From the NCBI GenBank assembly GCA_014686905.1, contig GCA_014686905.1_4093.1: a stretch of DNA of 64,000 nt; one strand, given 5' to 3'. Made by a program: the position numbers and the translations under genes. Source of the stretch: a phage. Below the pieces are notes generated by a model that did not search any database, had not been told where the DNA came from, and saw nothing but the letters and a program-made list of their open reading frames with translations. Below are positions 54,143 through 63,999 of the stretch, in pieces (positions within the stretch are counted from its first letter, which is position 1; each line of letters begins with the position of its first letter).

Positions 54143-54687
54143 ATGAGATAGAGTTATTAGCACACAAGATAAGTACAATAATGCTTATCCTCAATAACAA
54201 CCATCCTATATCGCATATAGATGGAATCCTGAGTCAGAGGACAGGTGGTAGTTTATATTTGTCCATAAACGCAGATATCGCAAGGAAATACATTGATATT
54301 GATGTTGAAATCGAATATGATACAACGGGGATTGTTGATGTAGGTGCATTAATCAGTTCAAATCCAGTATCAGCATCCCCATTGACCAAAGATGTTAGTA
54401 CAGGATTCGAAGGATATTTGTGGTACAATACCAATGATGATTATTTTATATATCAGCATTCCAATACAAATTATGATGAAGACAAATTTCAGTTCATAGA
54501 CCCTTATGATGAAGCTGGCGTATTCCAACAATCATTAATCACAAAACCGCATGAGATGATGTATCTAATGTTATTCAGTACAATGCATTTGAATCCATTA
54601 ATTAAAGGTTTAAAATTTTATATTCAATTAAATTTAGTCCATGTAGTTTATGATTTATTAATGCAAGGATATAGTTATGAAGTATAA
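54139..54687 (+). CDS. family-3 paralog
   Basis: Motif DEAGVFQQSLITKPHEMMYLMLF. Confidence 0.55.
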   Translation: MNEIELLAHKISTIMLILNNNHPISHIDGILSQRTGGSLYLSINADIARKYIDIDVEIEYDTTGIVDVGALISSNPVSASPLTKDVSTGFEGYLWYNTNDDYFIYQHSNTNYDEDKFQFIDPYDEAGVFQQSLITKPHEMMYLMLFSTMHLNPLIKGLKFYIQLNLVHVVYDLLMQGYSYEV

Positions 54688-54988
54688 AATGATGTATACC
54701 CCAGATATGATTTATGTTGAATTAGAAGATGATGACGATGGGTGGAATTTGATTTATTCAAGAAGTTCAGGTTGGTACATGGCACATTTAAATGATTCGA
54801 TAGTTACAGATTATTTTGTAGATTTCAATACATTATCCGATGAAGAATTGTTCCAACAGCAATTAGTGATTGACACGGGTGGTTATGATGTCTTATTATT
54901 AAAAAAGATACAGAAAGCTGTTATTGATTTTAAGCCCATGATATGGCAAAGGAAATATTATGACCTCGAAGTACCGTACCAGCAATGA
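54677..54988 (+). CDS. family-3 paralog
   Basis: Motif SDEELFQQQLVIDTGGYDVLLL. Confidence 0.55.
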   Translation: MKYKMMYTPDMIYVELEDDDDGWNLIYSRSSGWYMAHLNDSIVTDYFVDFNTLSDEELFQQQLVIDTGGYDVLLLKKIQKAVIDFKPMIWQRKYYDLEVPYQQ

Positions 54989-55526
54989 AATTCAGTACAC
55001 CTACGCTAATGCAATCCTTATGGGACAAAAGTTAGCTTGTATTGTTGCAGCCTTATATAATGCCCAGAAATATCACAAGCGTCATTTCCACAAATGTATT
55101 GGTATTATTCCATCGAAGTACAATACATATATTGCGTGCACGAGTCATTTTGATAAACGATTCAATACACCTGATACCCCAAATTCCCGTAGTGTTATTA
55201 GTCTTTTGGATTTCGCACCTGGTGCTGTTATTGGAAAGAATGATTTAGAGTACGCATGGTATAATAAAAATGCCCCATTAGTAATGGTAACATATGATAA
55301 AGAAACGAACAAAACAATAGAGTACAATACATATAAATCAGAGGAAGAATTTTTCCAAGGTTCAATGCTTGTACCAGTGCGTTTGTTATTTTATAATGTC
55401 ATAATGAGTACAGTACACAATAGTCCATTACACAAGAATCACAAAATTAATTTCAATTTTTGTGCTTATGCGATTGATGGTGTGTATGAGTGTTTAATGG
55501 AGGTATTGAGTTATGAAGCTGAATAA
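54960..55526 (+). CDS. family-3 paralog
   Basis: Motif EEEFFQGSMLVPVRLL. Confidence 0.55.
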   Translation: MTSKYRTSNEIQYTYANAILMGQKLACIVAALYNAQKYHKRHFHKCIGIIPSKYNTYIACTSHFDKRFNTPDTPNSRSVISLLDFAPGAVIGKNDLEYAWYNKNAPLVMVTYDKETNKTIEYNTYKSEEEFFQGSMLVPVRLLFYNVIMSTVHNSPLHKNHKINFNFCAYAIDGVYECLMEVLSYEAE

Positions 55527-55854
55527 TACATTTGATATTAATAAGTTAAGAGAATGGTTTTATAGTATTGAAATTGAAGCCATCCCGTATCATAGATATG
55601 AACAATATAATTTAACCAGTATTGATATCAGTGAGTTGTACGCGTATTATCAAAGTGCATTAGAGATGCATAAGTTATTTTTGAGTACAGATTTTGTTCT
55701 AAATTACAATTTTGAGGAATTTAAAAATTATAATTTAGTACAGAAATATGTAGTAGCAAAGTACATGTACCTTCAAGGAATTACAAGTATAGTGGAATTC
55801 AATACAGTCCTTGCTTTAGTTGAGGTAATTTTATGCAGTACATGTATGATTTAG
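55513..55854 (+). CDS. hypothetical protein
   Basis: 113-aa ORF overlapping neighbours; no clear family motif. Confidence 0.45.
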   Translation: MKLNNTFDINKLREWFYSIEIEAIPYHRYEQYNLTSIDISELYAYYQSALEMHKLFLSTDFVLNYNFEEFKNYNLVQKYVVAKYMYLQGITSIVEFNTVLALVEVILCSTCMI

Positions 55855-56339
55855 AGTTCAGCTTAGATGCTGCATTTAAATATGTTCACAAGATAGAAAC
55901 AATATACAGTACATTATGTGCAATAAAATCAGTAACAGAAGAGCTTGATGTTGGTGAAAAATATCAGGTATGGAATAATACATTTTTAAATAAAGAACGT
56001 TGCTCTACGGGGTTTAATATTTTAACATTTAATCCCAGCAATTGTTACCCAGAGAAGCATGAACGTTATCCGAATGACGACATGTGGTTTGAGTACAAAG
56101 AAGATTGTGATATGTCGTTCATTGAAGTTCCTGATGATTTTAATGCACAAGATTTAACAGACGAGTGGTGGTTCCAGCAGAATTTAGTCCACGATGATAT
56201 TGATTTATTTTTTTATGTAGTATTTAAAATGCTTTATCACAACAATATAGTACAAGATAGTGTGTTTTTTTCATGTCTATATATTGATGATTTGTACAAT
56301 GAAATTCAAATCAACATGCCCAGCACGCCTGTATCGTAA
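55833..56339 (+). CDS. family-3 paralog
   Basis: Motif TDEWWFQQNLVHDDIDLF. Confidence 0.55.
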   Translation: MQYMYDLEFSLDAAFKYVHKIETIYSTLCAIKSVTEELDVGEKYQVWNNTFLNKERCSTGFNILTFNPSNCYPEKHERYPNDDMWFEYKEDCDMSFIEVPDDFNAQDLTDEWWFQQNLVHDDIDLFFYVVFKMLYHNNIVQDSVFFSCLYIDDLYNEIQINMPSTPVS

Positions 56340-56421
56340 GATATGGGCTTTTTTCGTTTTGGTATTGACAAAGAAGTGCAAAGCTGTTATCATGTGTAAT
56401 CATTTTAAAGGAGAACATATA

Positions 56422-56934
56422 GTGAGTTTCATAATCCCAAGTACATACGAAGATGCATCAAGTGCAGTTCATAAGATTCATTATATTTTTAATTTAATTA
56501 TTAGATCTGCAAAAATTAAAATGTATGCACCTCTTGTGACAAATAATCGAAATGAAGAAATTTTTATTAGCACAGACAAAATTATTTTTCCATATTTCAA
56601 TGAAGATAGATTGTGGTTCATACATTTAGCTGCATTACAAAAATATAAGATGTCAATTCGTAATAATTTGGTTATACCGTTATATCATCCAGATATTGGA
56701 GAGGATGAGTATTTTCAGTACAGTACAGTACATCGCCATGAAGATATCTTTGTTGCTATGCTTATTGCTAAATTGAACACCGTTGATTTGGAGTACCACA
56801 AATACAATAATAAATCATGTAAGATCATAATCCCTGCATTCATAGCTCTTTATGATTATGTGGTGCATAACAAAAAAGATGATACATATGCTTTCAATGA
56901 AGAGTATTTGGATTTTTTTAAGGATAACATATGA
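56422..56934 (+). CDS. family-3 paralog
   Basis: Motif EDEYFQYSTVHRHEDIF; start tentatively GTG at 56422 after SD AAGGAGAAC. Confidence 0.5.
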   Translation: MSFIIPSTYEDASSAVHKIHYIFNLIIRSAKIKMYAPLVTNNRNEEIFISTDKIIFPYFNEDRLWFIHLAALQKYKMSIRNNLVIPLYHPDIGEDEYFQYSTVHRHEDIFVAMLIAKLNTVDLEYHKYNNKSCKIIIPAFIALYDYVVHNKKDDTYAFNEEYLDFFKDNI

Positions 56935-57470
56935 GCAGTACAACAGTATCAAAAGTACAGAAAGCAATGTCATTCAATGAAATTGGTACATTTAAAGATA
57001 AGATCATTGATTGCCTTGAATACATGATTTGTAGTAATATCGAAAGTATCGAGATATTTAACAAGACAAATCGCTCTTACCATATGATGTACATTGCAAA
57101 CAATAATGGTATCATTCCATTTATTTCGGATAGTACAATATGGTACGCATGTGATACGAAAAAATACACAGCAGGTTCGTATAGCTTAGGGTCACATACG
57201 GAATTGATTATTCCTGAGCATTGTATGCAAGAAGAAGAATATTTTCAAATGCAATGTATACATTCACCATTAGTGTTGTTTAGTTTATATATTATACCTT
57301 ATATCACCAAATGTGTTCATGAGAATAAAGCTCCGTGGAATCATGAATTTGTATCGTTGAAGTTATTGTATAATGTATTAGTAGAATATTATGATTACAG
57401 GCACAATGGTACAATCAGTGATGTATGGGATTTTGAATCGCTAAGGGTGAAAACATACACAGGTGAATGA
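56931..57470 (+). CDS. family-3 paralog
   Basis: Motif QEEEYFQMQCIHSPLVLF. Confidence 0.55.
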   Translation: MSSTTVSKVQKAMSFNEIGTFKDKIIDCLEYMICSNIESIEIFNKTNRSYHMMYIANNNGIIPFISDSTIWYACDTKKYTAGSYSLGSHTELIIPEHCMQEEEYFQMQCIHSPLVLFSLYIIPYITKCVHENKAPWNHEFVSLKLLYNVLVEYYDYRHNGTISDVWDFESLRVKTYTGE

Positions 57471-58086
57471 TATGACCAGAATTAAAATGTATGATTTGAT
57501 GCTGTACAGTAAAATTGCCATTCCAGTGCTTAATAAAGTGCTGGATGCATTCATTGCCAAATACCCTGAGAATTCAGTGTTATGTATTCCATTTAGTGTT
57601 CCAGATAAAGATGATATATTCCAAGTGAATGTCAGTACACGTGGTATTACATTGCAGCAGAAATATATGGATACGGAATATTATGGAATAAAGTTGGATT
57701 CAGTACAGGGTTCTAAATCAGCCTATGATTTTTTTGTTCCTAATAACATCGAGTCATGGGAAACAAACATTTCAAAGAAAGATGAAAATGATGTTCCTAT
57801 TAGTGGTGTGTTCAACAATAAAGTTTTTTATTATTACGAAACCGACAAATTCCCTGAAGAGTTATATTACAATTCAGAAATGAATGAAGATGTAGATGCA
57901 TTCATGTTTCAATTATCGTTAGTACATGATATCATTGATGTTCAAGAGTTAAGAGCAGAAATCAATTTAGCTAAAGAGTTATCGGACATGCTCCCACCGT
58001 TTAGTATGCTTTTTTGTGAAGGAGGTTATTTTTCAAAAGAAGTGTTTGAACATTTCGTAGATGTTGTAAAAGGGTTGGATATATAG
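57463..58086 (+). CDS. family-3 paralog
   Basis: Motif DVDAFMFQLSLVHDIIDV. Confidence 0.55.
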   Translation: MNDMTRIKMYDLMLYSKIAIPVLNKVLDAFIAKYPENSVLCIPFSVPDKDDIFQVNVSTRGITLQQKYMDTEYYGIKLDSVQGSKSAYDFFVPNNIESWETNISKKDENDVPISGVFNNKVFYYYETDKFPEELYYNSEMNEDVDAFMFQLSLVHDIIDVQELRAEINLAKELSDMLPPFSMLFCEGGYFSKEVFEHFVDVVKGLDI

Positions 58087-58087
58087 T

Positions 58088-58282
58088 ATGCTTATAATTG
58101 ATATTAAACAAAAATACCGTAAGTTTGATTGGTTCACCGATAGTTTCCAGCTTGAATTATTACATATGAATATCAGTGAAACATTATGTGCAGAAACACA
58201 AGATGAATTTGATGATAGAGTGATGAACATAGTAATGCTTTCTTGCTTTAAACATTTTGGTTATTTTTTCGGACAGAATTGA
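58088..58282 (+). CDS. hypothetical small protein
   Basis: 64-aa ORF between family-3 members. Confidence 0.4.
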   Translation: MLIIDIKQKYRKFDWFTDSFQLELLHMNISETLCAETQDEFDDRVMNIVMLSCFKHFGYFFGQN

Positions 58283-58290
58283 GGTAAAAA

Positions 58291-58806
58291 ATGCATCAAC
58301 ACAAGCATCATTCATATGATTTTGCAATTAACATTATGAAGTTCATTCGAGCGTTGGAGGATGGGAAGCTTAGTCATAAGTACACCAAAGTGGGTGACAA
58401 TTGGTTCAGAAATGATTCCGAGTTCAGTTGTCATAAAATCGTGTATAGTAATCAGTACAGTGCCAATTACCTACAAGATGTAGTGATGTGTTTTGAATAC
58501 GTGTTGCAGTTCAGGGGTTCAATCCAAGATGAGTTGATGGAGCACATGTACATCCGATACCTTCCAATGCTCAAAGATGAAAATGTATTATTAAATTCAA
58601 TATACCAACGAGTTCGTGAAATTGAGTGCAGGGATATATTAGATACAGAAGAATCGTATTTCCAGCAATCCCTGATTTATGCACCTGATTTATTACAGGT
58701 ACATAATTTGTTTAATACATTACGTCAAAACATCAGTACAGACATATTTTTGTCATTATCGGATTATGATACATTTGTCAAAGATTTAGAGGAAATAGGT
58801 TTATGA
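58291..58806 (+). CDS. family-3 paralog
   Basis: Motif TEESYFQQSLIYAPDLLQV. Confidence 0.55.
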   Translation: MHQHKHHSYDFAINIMKFIRALEDGKLSHKYTKVGDNWFRNDSEFSCHKIVYSNQYSANYLQDVVMCFEYVLQFRGSIQDELMEHMYIRYLPMLKDENVLLNSIYQRVREIECRDILDTEESYFQQSLIYAPDLLQVHNLFNTLRQNISTDIFLSLSDYDTFVKDLEEIGL

Positions 58807-59144
58807 GTCGATTTTCGGTTTGTGTGGTAAACATAAAAAGTGATGGTAGTTTAATTGAATTAGATGTATATGATGATGATAATGCATATGGTATTAAAGT
58901 ACAGGATAATGATGTGCAGTTCAGTTCAAGAACAAATTTTGAAAATCCAGTCCAAGTTCCTAATTTCATAGAAGATGAAGCAGCACGTTTCCAATACGAA
59001 ACGGCCTTTGATAATGTACATATGCATATTATTATGCAACAAAGTTTAGTTCAATTAGTTCCTTTGTTCAGACAAAATATATATGTACATGAAGTGTCGA
59101 TTAATGGCATTCAAAGTTCCGTATTGTTCGATACAAATATGTAA
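58803..59144 (+). CDS. family-3 paralog
   Basis: Motif DEAARFQYETAFDNVHMHI. Confidence 0.5.
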   Translation: MSRFSVCVVNIKSDGSLIELDVYDDDNAYGIKVQDNDVQFSSRTNFENPVQVPNFIEDEAARFQYETAFDNVHMHIIMQQSLVQLVPLFRQNIYVHEVSINGIQSSVLFDTNM

Positions 59145-59154
59145 GGAAAGTACA

Positions 59155-59706
59155 ATGAGTTCAATGAGTTTATTAGATACATTAGAAAAAGACAGAAGTG
59201 CAATTAAGCGTTTAAAAGAGCAAGTACAAAAGATTGTATACAACGTTGATAAGTTTGAAGTCCCAGGAAGATTTGGTGATATTTCCCATACGGAGATCAA
59301 ATCCCTTAAGTCAGATTTGTTGATTAAAAATAAAAATGGGTTGATTTTAGTTTTGAGTTCAGATATGATGGGGGCAACACATAGTTATAATGCAGTATCG
59401 GTGCGTTCAGAGTGTGAAGGTATATATCTATCACAGGGTTTCAATAGCGAGACACAGGTTTGTTTTTGTGATGCAGTACATGACCCTATGAAGTTCACGA
59501 GAAGTGAAGCCCAAGCGTTATTAGAGCTATCAGACGAGAGTTTGTTTCAGTACAGTACAATGTATGACAATGATAAGCTTCGTTGTATGTACGCTGTAAA
59601 GCATTATACACAGGAGTTTTCTGGATTTGCATACCTTTTAGTTAGAACCAATACCAGATATATTGATATGTTAGAAGATTACATCGATAAAGTTGTTAAT
59701 GTATGA
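59155..59706 (+). CDS. family-3 paralog
   Basis: Start moved to MSSMSLLDT after SD AAGGAAAG; motif SDESLFQYSTMYDNDKL. Confidence 0.55.
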   Translation: MSSMSLLDTLEKDRSAIKRLKEQVQKIVYNVDKFEVPGRFGDISHTEIKSLKSDLLIKNKNGLILVLSSDMMGATHSYNAVSVRSECEGIYLSQGFNSETQVCFCDAVHDPMKFTRSEAQALLELSDESLFQYSTMYDNDKLRCMYAVKHYTQEFSGFAYLLVRTNTRYIDMLEDYIDKVVNV

Positions 59707-59896
59707 TGTATTATTATGTGATGGGATAATGCTGATGAAAGAGTTATTTGAAGATCAGTTCAATACATATGTGGATAATATTCTTTATTCCAGCCGTGCT
59801 AGTCAACGAGGAAATCGTGCTTACAATATAGATTACCTATTAGTGGTGCTGAGTTCACAGTACACCTACGCTGTACAGAGGACATATTATGAATAA
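59693..59896 (+). CDS. hypothetical small protein
   Basis: 67-aa ORF overlapping neighbours. Confidence 0.4.
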   Translation: MLMYDVLLCDGIMLMKELFEDQFNTYVDNILYSSRASQRGNRAYNIDYLLVVLSSQYTYAVQRTYYE

Positions 59897-60092
59897 TTTT
59901 AGAGATGTTGCTAAGGAGAAGTTCAAGTGCAGTTTAGATTTTGGGTTAAATGATTTTCTGACATGCACAATGTACAGGAATGATGATTATGAGCAATCCG
60001 TAATTTCGTTGCACAGATATTTCGAAATAATTTACGCAAGATATCTTAGAAGGTTAGAGGGAATAGGGGATTGGAATTATGATTACGTTTGA
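59889..60092 (+). CDS. hypothetical small protein
   Basis: 67-aa ORF overlapping neighbours. Confidence 0.4.
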   Translation: MNNFRDVAKEKFKCSLDFGLNDFLTCTMYRNDDYEQSVISLHRYFEIIYARYLRRLEGIGDWNYDYV

Positions 60093-60303
60093 AGAGCCGG
60101 AAGTGGCATATTGCTTTAGTGTGAAAGGTTTTGAATTCATGATGGATTCTATTTTGAAGGATACATATTTGGTTCAGATTGCAGTTGCAGATAATACAGA
60201 TAATGCATTACAGCGAGTATTGAATATATACGAGAGGACGAGTCGAAGGCTTTGTGCAATGAAAAGGATTGAAGAAATCAAGGTTTCTAGGCTGAATAAA
60301 TAG
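60079..60303 (+). CDS. hypothetical small protein
   Basis: 74-aa ORF; followed by GC-rich island. Confidence 0.4.
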   Translation: MITFEEPEVAYCFSVKGFEFMMDSILKDTYLVQIAVADNTDNALQRVLNIYERTSRRLCAMKRIEEIKVSRLNK

Positions 60304-60500
60304 AGACGTTTCATTTTGACAGGCCGCAGGGGGGGTCAAAAAAATTTCCGCTGAAAAACATGCTAAGGTATATGTTTAATATAAAGTTTTATATTGTGTT
60401 TTTCAGAGTACAGTTCATGTTTCCTGAAACAAAAAATACCCCGCCGCCGAACGTTCTCCTTATATTGGGGTTTACCTTATTAATTATAGTAGAGATTAAG

Positions 60501-60878
60501 ATGGAAATAAAATATAATGAATTTTGTGCAAGGACATGGATGTACACTGGTGAGTTAGTTACGCACTCTAACTTATACAAGGGTGATTTAAACTACGCTA
60601 GGGACAAGATTTTAAAGTACTGGAATGCTGACTTTTATTTGATGGATTTTAGTACTGGGTTTAGGGGTAAAGCAACCGAGATGTTGGACTATACAGTACT
60701 TGATGATGCTGCACTGTTTCAGGCGGCATTAGTATTTGATAAGAAGTACATCTGTACATTAGAAGAGATGATTGAATTACAGCGTAGAATTAAATGTATT
60801 CACAGGGAATGTATAGATATCTGGTGCAGTACTGGTGAAGATGATTTTTGTAATCATTTCAATCTAGGGGAAGTGTGA
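60501..60878 (+). CDS. family-3 paralog
   Basis: Start moved to MEIKYNEF (track ORF ran through upstream non-coding DNA); motif DDAALFQAALVFDKKYICT. Confidence 0.55.
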   Translation: MEIKYNEFCARTWMYTGELVTHSNLYKGDLNYARDKILKYWNADFYLMDFSTGFRGKATEMLDYTVLDDAALFQAALVFDKKYICTLEEMIELQRRIKCIHRECIDIWCSTGEDDFCNHFNLGEV

Positions 60879-61039
60879 TGGAATTTGATTTTTTAATATC
60901 AGTACATTCTTTTAAGCACAGTTATCAGTACTTTTGTAATTTAAACAAAGGTGATTTGATTATGGATACAGATACAGAGGCTGTATACAGTTCTAATATT
61001 CTGTACAAATTCAGTACTAATCTGAAGGAGATTTTATGA
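60878..61039 (+). CDS. truncated N-terminal duplicate of the 61407-61763 family-3 gene (53 aa)
   Basis: MEFDFLISVHSFKHSYQYFCNLNKGDL nearly identical to the N-terminus of the 61407 gene, then diverges to a stop. Confidence 0.4.
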   Translation: MEFDFLISVHSFKHSYQYFCNLNKGDLIMDTDTEAVYSSNILYKFSTNLKEIL

Positions 61040-61407
61040 AAAAAGAAATTAGAATTCAATTCGGTATGAGGAAAAAAGAGGTCATCTGTACACTGAATCA
61101 TGCGGTCGTGGAAAGCCTTGGTGGTGCATTACAAAAATTCTCCCATTTTGTTCTTGTACTATATGAAAATGGGTCTTTTAAAATCTTCACATATGATGAT
61201 TCAAAAAATTACCGTAATGATTTTGTAAATCTGACAGTACTGTCAGAAGAGGAATTCTTTCAGGAAAGTACTGTCTGGAATTTACCAGGAGCACCAATTG
61301 AATACGTCCGTGCTACACAGGCAGAAATGATCAAAGTAATGCAGAACTATCCAGAAGATTATATGACTAAGTTTCCTGAATCTATTTATGTAGAGGTTGA
61401 GTACTGA
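61036..61407 (+). CDS. family-3 paralog
   Basis: Motif SEEEFFQESTVWNLPG. Confidence 0.55.
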   Translation: MKKEIRIQFGMRKKEVICTLNHAVVESLGGALQKFSHFVLVLYENGSFKIFTYDDSKNYRNDFVNLTVLSEEEFFQESTVWNLPGAPIEYVRATQAEMIKVMQNYPEDYMTKFPESIYVEVEY

Positions 61408-61763
61408 TGGAATTTGATTTTTTAATATCAGTACATACTTTCAAGCACAGTTATCAGTACTTTTGTAATTTAAACAAAGGTGATTTAATGCACAGTGCAA
61501 ATGAGTATATTCATTACACTCAGGGTAAATTTACATTCATTGATTACAGTTCATTACAGTATCCACACCAAGATATGCCGGACTATACATTAATGGATAC
61601 CGCAGAACTATTCCAAGAATCATTAGTATTTGATAAGAAGTACTTGTGTACATTTGAAGAAGTTATTGCAATACAAAATGAAATGAAAGAGTATGCTGCT
61701 TTGCATAAACCCAATGCAAGTATTAATCAAGAATACAAATTCAATTTAGGAATTCAAGAATGA
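61407..61763 (+). CDS. family-3 paralog
   Basis: Motif DTAELFQESLVFDKKYLCTFEE. Confidence 0.55.
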   Translation: MEFDFLISVHTFKHSYQYFCNLNKGDLMHSANEYIHYTQGKFTFIDYSSLQYPHQDMPDYTLMDTAELFQESLVFDKKYLCTFEEVIAIQNEMKEYAALHKPNASINQEYKFNLGIQE

Positions 61764-62119
61764 CATATGATTATTCTATGTACTATTATAAGTTACCTAA
61801 AGGATGGGACTTGTGCTGTAATCTTATTAAGGGCGACTCGGAACATGAGTTGAGTTTATATATGCATTACAAAGATTCTTGTTTTAAATTTATTCATGTA
61901 TCACATGACGACTATGACTATGAATCTGAGAGTCTTATAGATTATACAGTACTGGACGATGGTGAACTATTTCAGGCTGCATTAGTGTTTGATAAGAATA
62001 AGTACTCCTGTACATTTGAAGAAATGGTTTCTTTGCAAAATGAAATGAAGAGATTTGAAAAAGAAAACGTATTTAATCCATCCCCATCAAGAACGAATAA
62101 TTATTATTTCAATATATGA
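61760..62119 (+). CDS. family-3 paralog
   Basis: Motif DDGELFQAALVFDKNKYSCTFEE. Confidence 0.55.
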   Translation: MTYDYSMYYYKLPKGWDLCCNLIKGDSEHELSLYMHYKDSCFKFIHVSHDDYDYESESLIDYTVLDDGELFQAALVFDKNKYSCTFEEMVSLQNEMKRFEKENVFNPSPSRTNNYYFNI

Positions 62120-62128
62120 GATTATAAA

Positions 62129-62599
62129 ATGACATTACAGAGTTCATTGGAAAAAGCAAAGAAGATTCATGAGTACATGAATATGGCAAAAGAAGGTTCA
62201 GTTTACGGTGTTTTCAAAGACACAAGTACTCAATATTATGTACCGGATAACCTCCTTTATAATGACTGCTCAGATACAGAAACGTGCATACTAGATACCG
62301 ACCCTAATGATTATGAATGCTTCATTAATATGCATAATGAGTACATGGTCTATATTAATGATACAGATACCATCAACAGTACTGACAGCGATTCCAATGA
62401 CATTATAATTCCGAGTGAAGTACTGGAAGGTCCGTGGGATAGTGAAGAGTATTACTTCCAACAAAGTACTGTATATGATAATGAAGTACTTGATGTTATT
62501 ATAATTATGTGGTACTTTAAAAGTATTGGTTCTGGGAACTTCTATTTCGATTACAAATACGTAAAGAAAACTGTAGATAACGGTATTAACAGGGGTTGA
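62129..62599 (+). CDS. family-3 paralog (subfamily with GPWDSEEYYFQQ)
   Basis: Motif LEGPWDSEEYYFQQSTVYDNEVLDVIIIMWYFKS. Confidence 0.6.
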   Translation: MTLQSSLEKAKKIHEYMNMAKEGSVYGVFKDTSTQYYVPDNLLYNDCSDTETCILDTDPNDYECFINMHNEYMVYINDTDTINSTDSDSNDIIIPSEVLEGPWDSEEYYFQQSTVYDNEVLDVIIIMWYFKSIGSGNFYFDYKYVKKTVDNGINRG

Positions 62600-62600
62600 A

Positions 62601-63071
62601 ATGAGTTTAGAAAGAGCATTAGAGATTGCGAAGTTAATTGATTTATGCAGCAAAGAAATTGTAGCAAATTGTCTTAATGGATATCTATTCAAGGAAGGTA
62701 AATCATATTGTCGAATGAGATACGATGACAGTAGTGAGTACATTCACATGTATGAAGAAAACTTAGATTCTTCTGAAACAACACTCAATGGGTGTGATGT
62801 TAATTTGGAAGATAATTACATGTACTTCTGTCGTGATGCTGATATTTTAATACAAGATTCTGACATTATATCTGGTGCAGCAGAGAAACATCTTCCGTAT
62901 TCAGTACTGGATAATGACTGGGGAAGTGAAGAGTACTACTTCCAGCAGAATACTATCTACGAGGAAGATGTACTTGACAAGCTTGTCATTCTGTGGTACT
63001 TTAATAATACAGATTGTCCTAGCTTCTATTTGGACTTGGATCTACTACGAGTTATTAAAGAGGATATATGA
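62601..63071 (+). CDS. family-3 paralog (GPWDSEEYYFQQ subfamily)
   Basis: Motif DNDWGSEEYYFQQNTIYEEDVLDKLVILWYFNN. Confidence 0.6.
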   Translation: MSLERALEIAKLIDLCSKEIVANCLNGYLFKEGKSYCRMRYDDSSEYIHMYEENLDSSETTLNGCDVNLEDNYMYFCRDADILIQDSDIISGAAEKHLPYSVLDNDWGSEEYYFQQNTIYEEDVLDKLVILWYFNNTDCPSFYLDLDLLRVIKEDI

Positions 63072-63511
63072 GTTTAGCAAGTGCACTTGAACTAGCACAC
63101 AGAATACATCACTTCCACGATAACATAAAAAGTGGGTTCTATGGTGATAAAGTAAGTGCATTTGGTGATGAGTATTATCTATCAGGTATAAAGACATACT
63201 CTGATGATATTTTACTTATGGGACAGGATAAAGACAATACTATACAGTACTCTTCATGTAGTCAATATACTAATTTTTTTGTATATATTCCAGGTACTAA
63301 GATTACTTTTGACACAACAAATACACCTGTTGACTTCGGGGTACTTGATGGCCCGTGGGGTACTGAAGAGTATTACTTCCAACAGAGTCTCATTTTTAAC
63401 CAAGAAATTCTTGATTCCTTGGTTGTGTTGTGGTACTTTAAGGAATTGAATTTTGAACCATTCTTTCTTGACTGGGGAGCATGTGAATATTTAAGTACAG
63501 GGGATTTGTAA
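63068..63511 (+). CDS. family-3 paralog (GPWDSEEYYFQQ subfamily)
   Basis: Motif LDGPWGTEEYYFQQSLIFNQEILDSLVVLWYFKE. Confidence 0.6.
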   Translation: MSLASALELAHRIHHFHDNIKSGFYGDKVSAFGDEYYLSGIKTYSDDILLMGQDKDNTIQYSSCSQYTNFFVYIPGTKITFDTTNTPVDFGVLDGPWGTEEYYFQQSLIFNQEILDSLVVLWYFKELNFEPFFLDWGACEYLSTGDL

Positions 63512-63999
63512 TGTCATTACAAAGTGCATTGAAAGAAGCAAAGAAGATTCATGAGTACATGATTATGGTACAGGAAGGTTCAGTACCAGGTGTATATAAA
63601 ACATCTGATACTGAATTTTTTGTAAAAGACCGTGACGATTATGACGAGTCCGAGATATGTGCAGAAACATTAGTACTGCACACTGATACTGGTGACAGTG
63701 ATAACTGTGAATATCATATGTACAATCAGTACATTAGTTATTGCCGTAATGAAGATATTACCATCTACAACACAGATAGTGATGCTGATGACACTATCAT
63801 TCCTTATTCAGTACTGGAAGGACCGTGGGATAGTGAAGAATATTACTTCCAGAATAGTACGTTGTACAATGAAGAAGAATTAGATGTTATTGTAATTATG
63901 TGGTATTTCAAAAGTATTGACTCCAGTAGTTTCTATTTTGATTATGAATATGTAGAGAATACTGTAGGAGAAGGTAATGTCATTACAAAGTGCTCTTGA
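63511..63999 (+). CDS. family-3 paralog (GPWDSEEYYFQQ subfamily)
   Basis: Motif LEGPWDSEEYYFQNSTLYNEEELDVIVIMWYFKS; close to 62129-62599. Confidence 0.6.
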   Translation: MSLQSALKEAKKIHEYMIMVQEGSVPGVYKTSDTEFFVKDRDDYDESEICAETLVLHTDTGDSDNCEYHMYNQYISYCRNEDITIYNTDSDADDTIIPYSVLEGPWDSEEYYFQNSTLYNEEELDVIVIMWYFKSIDSSSFYFDYEYVENTVGEGNVITKCS

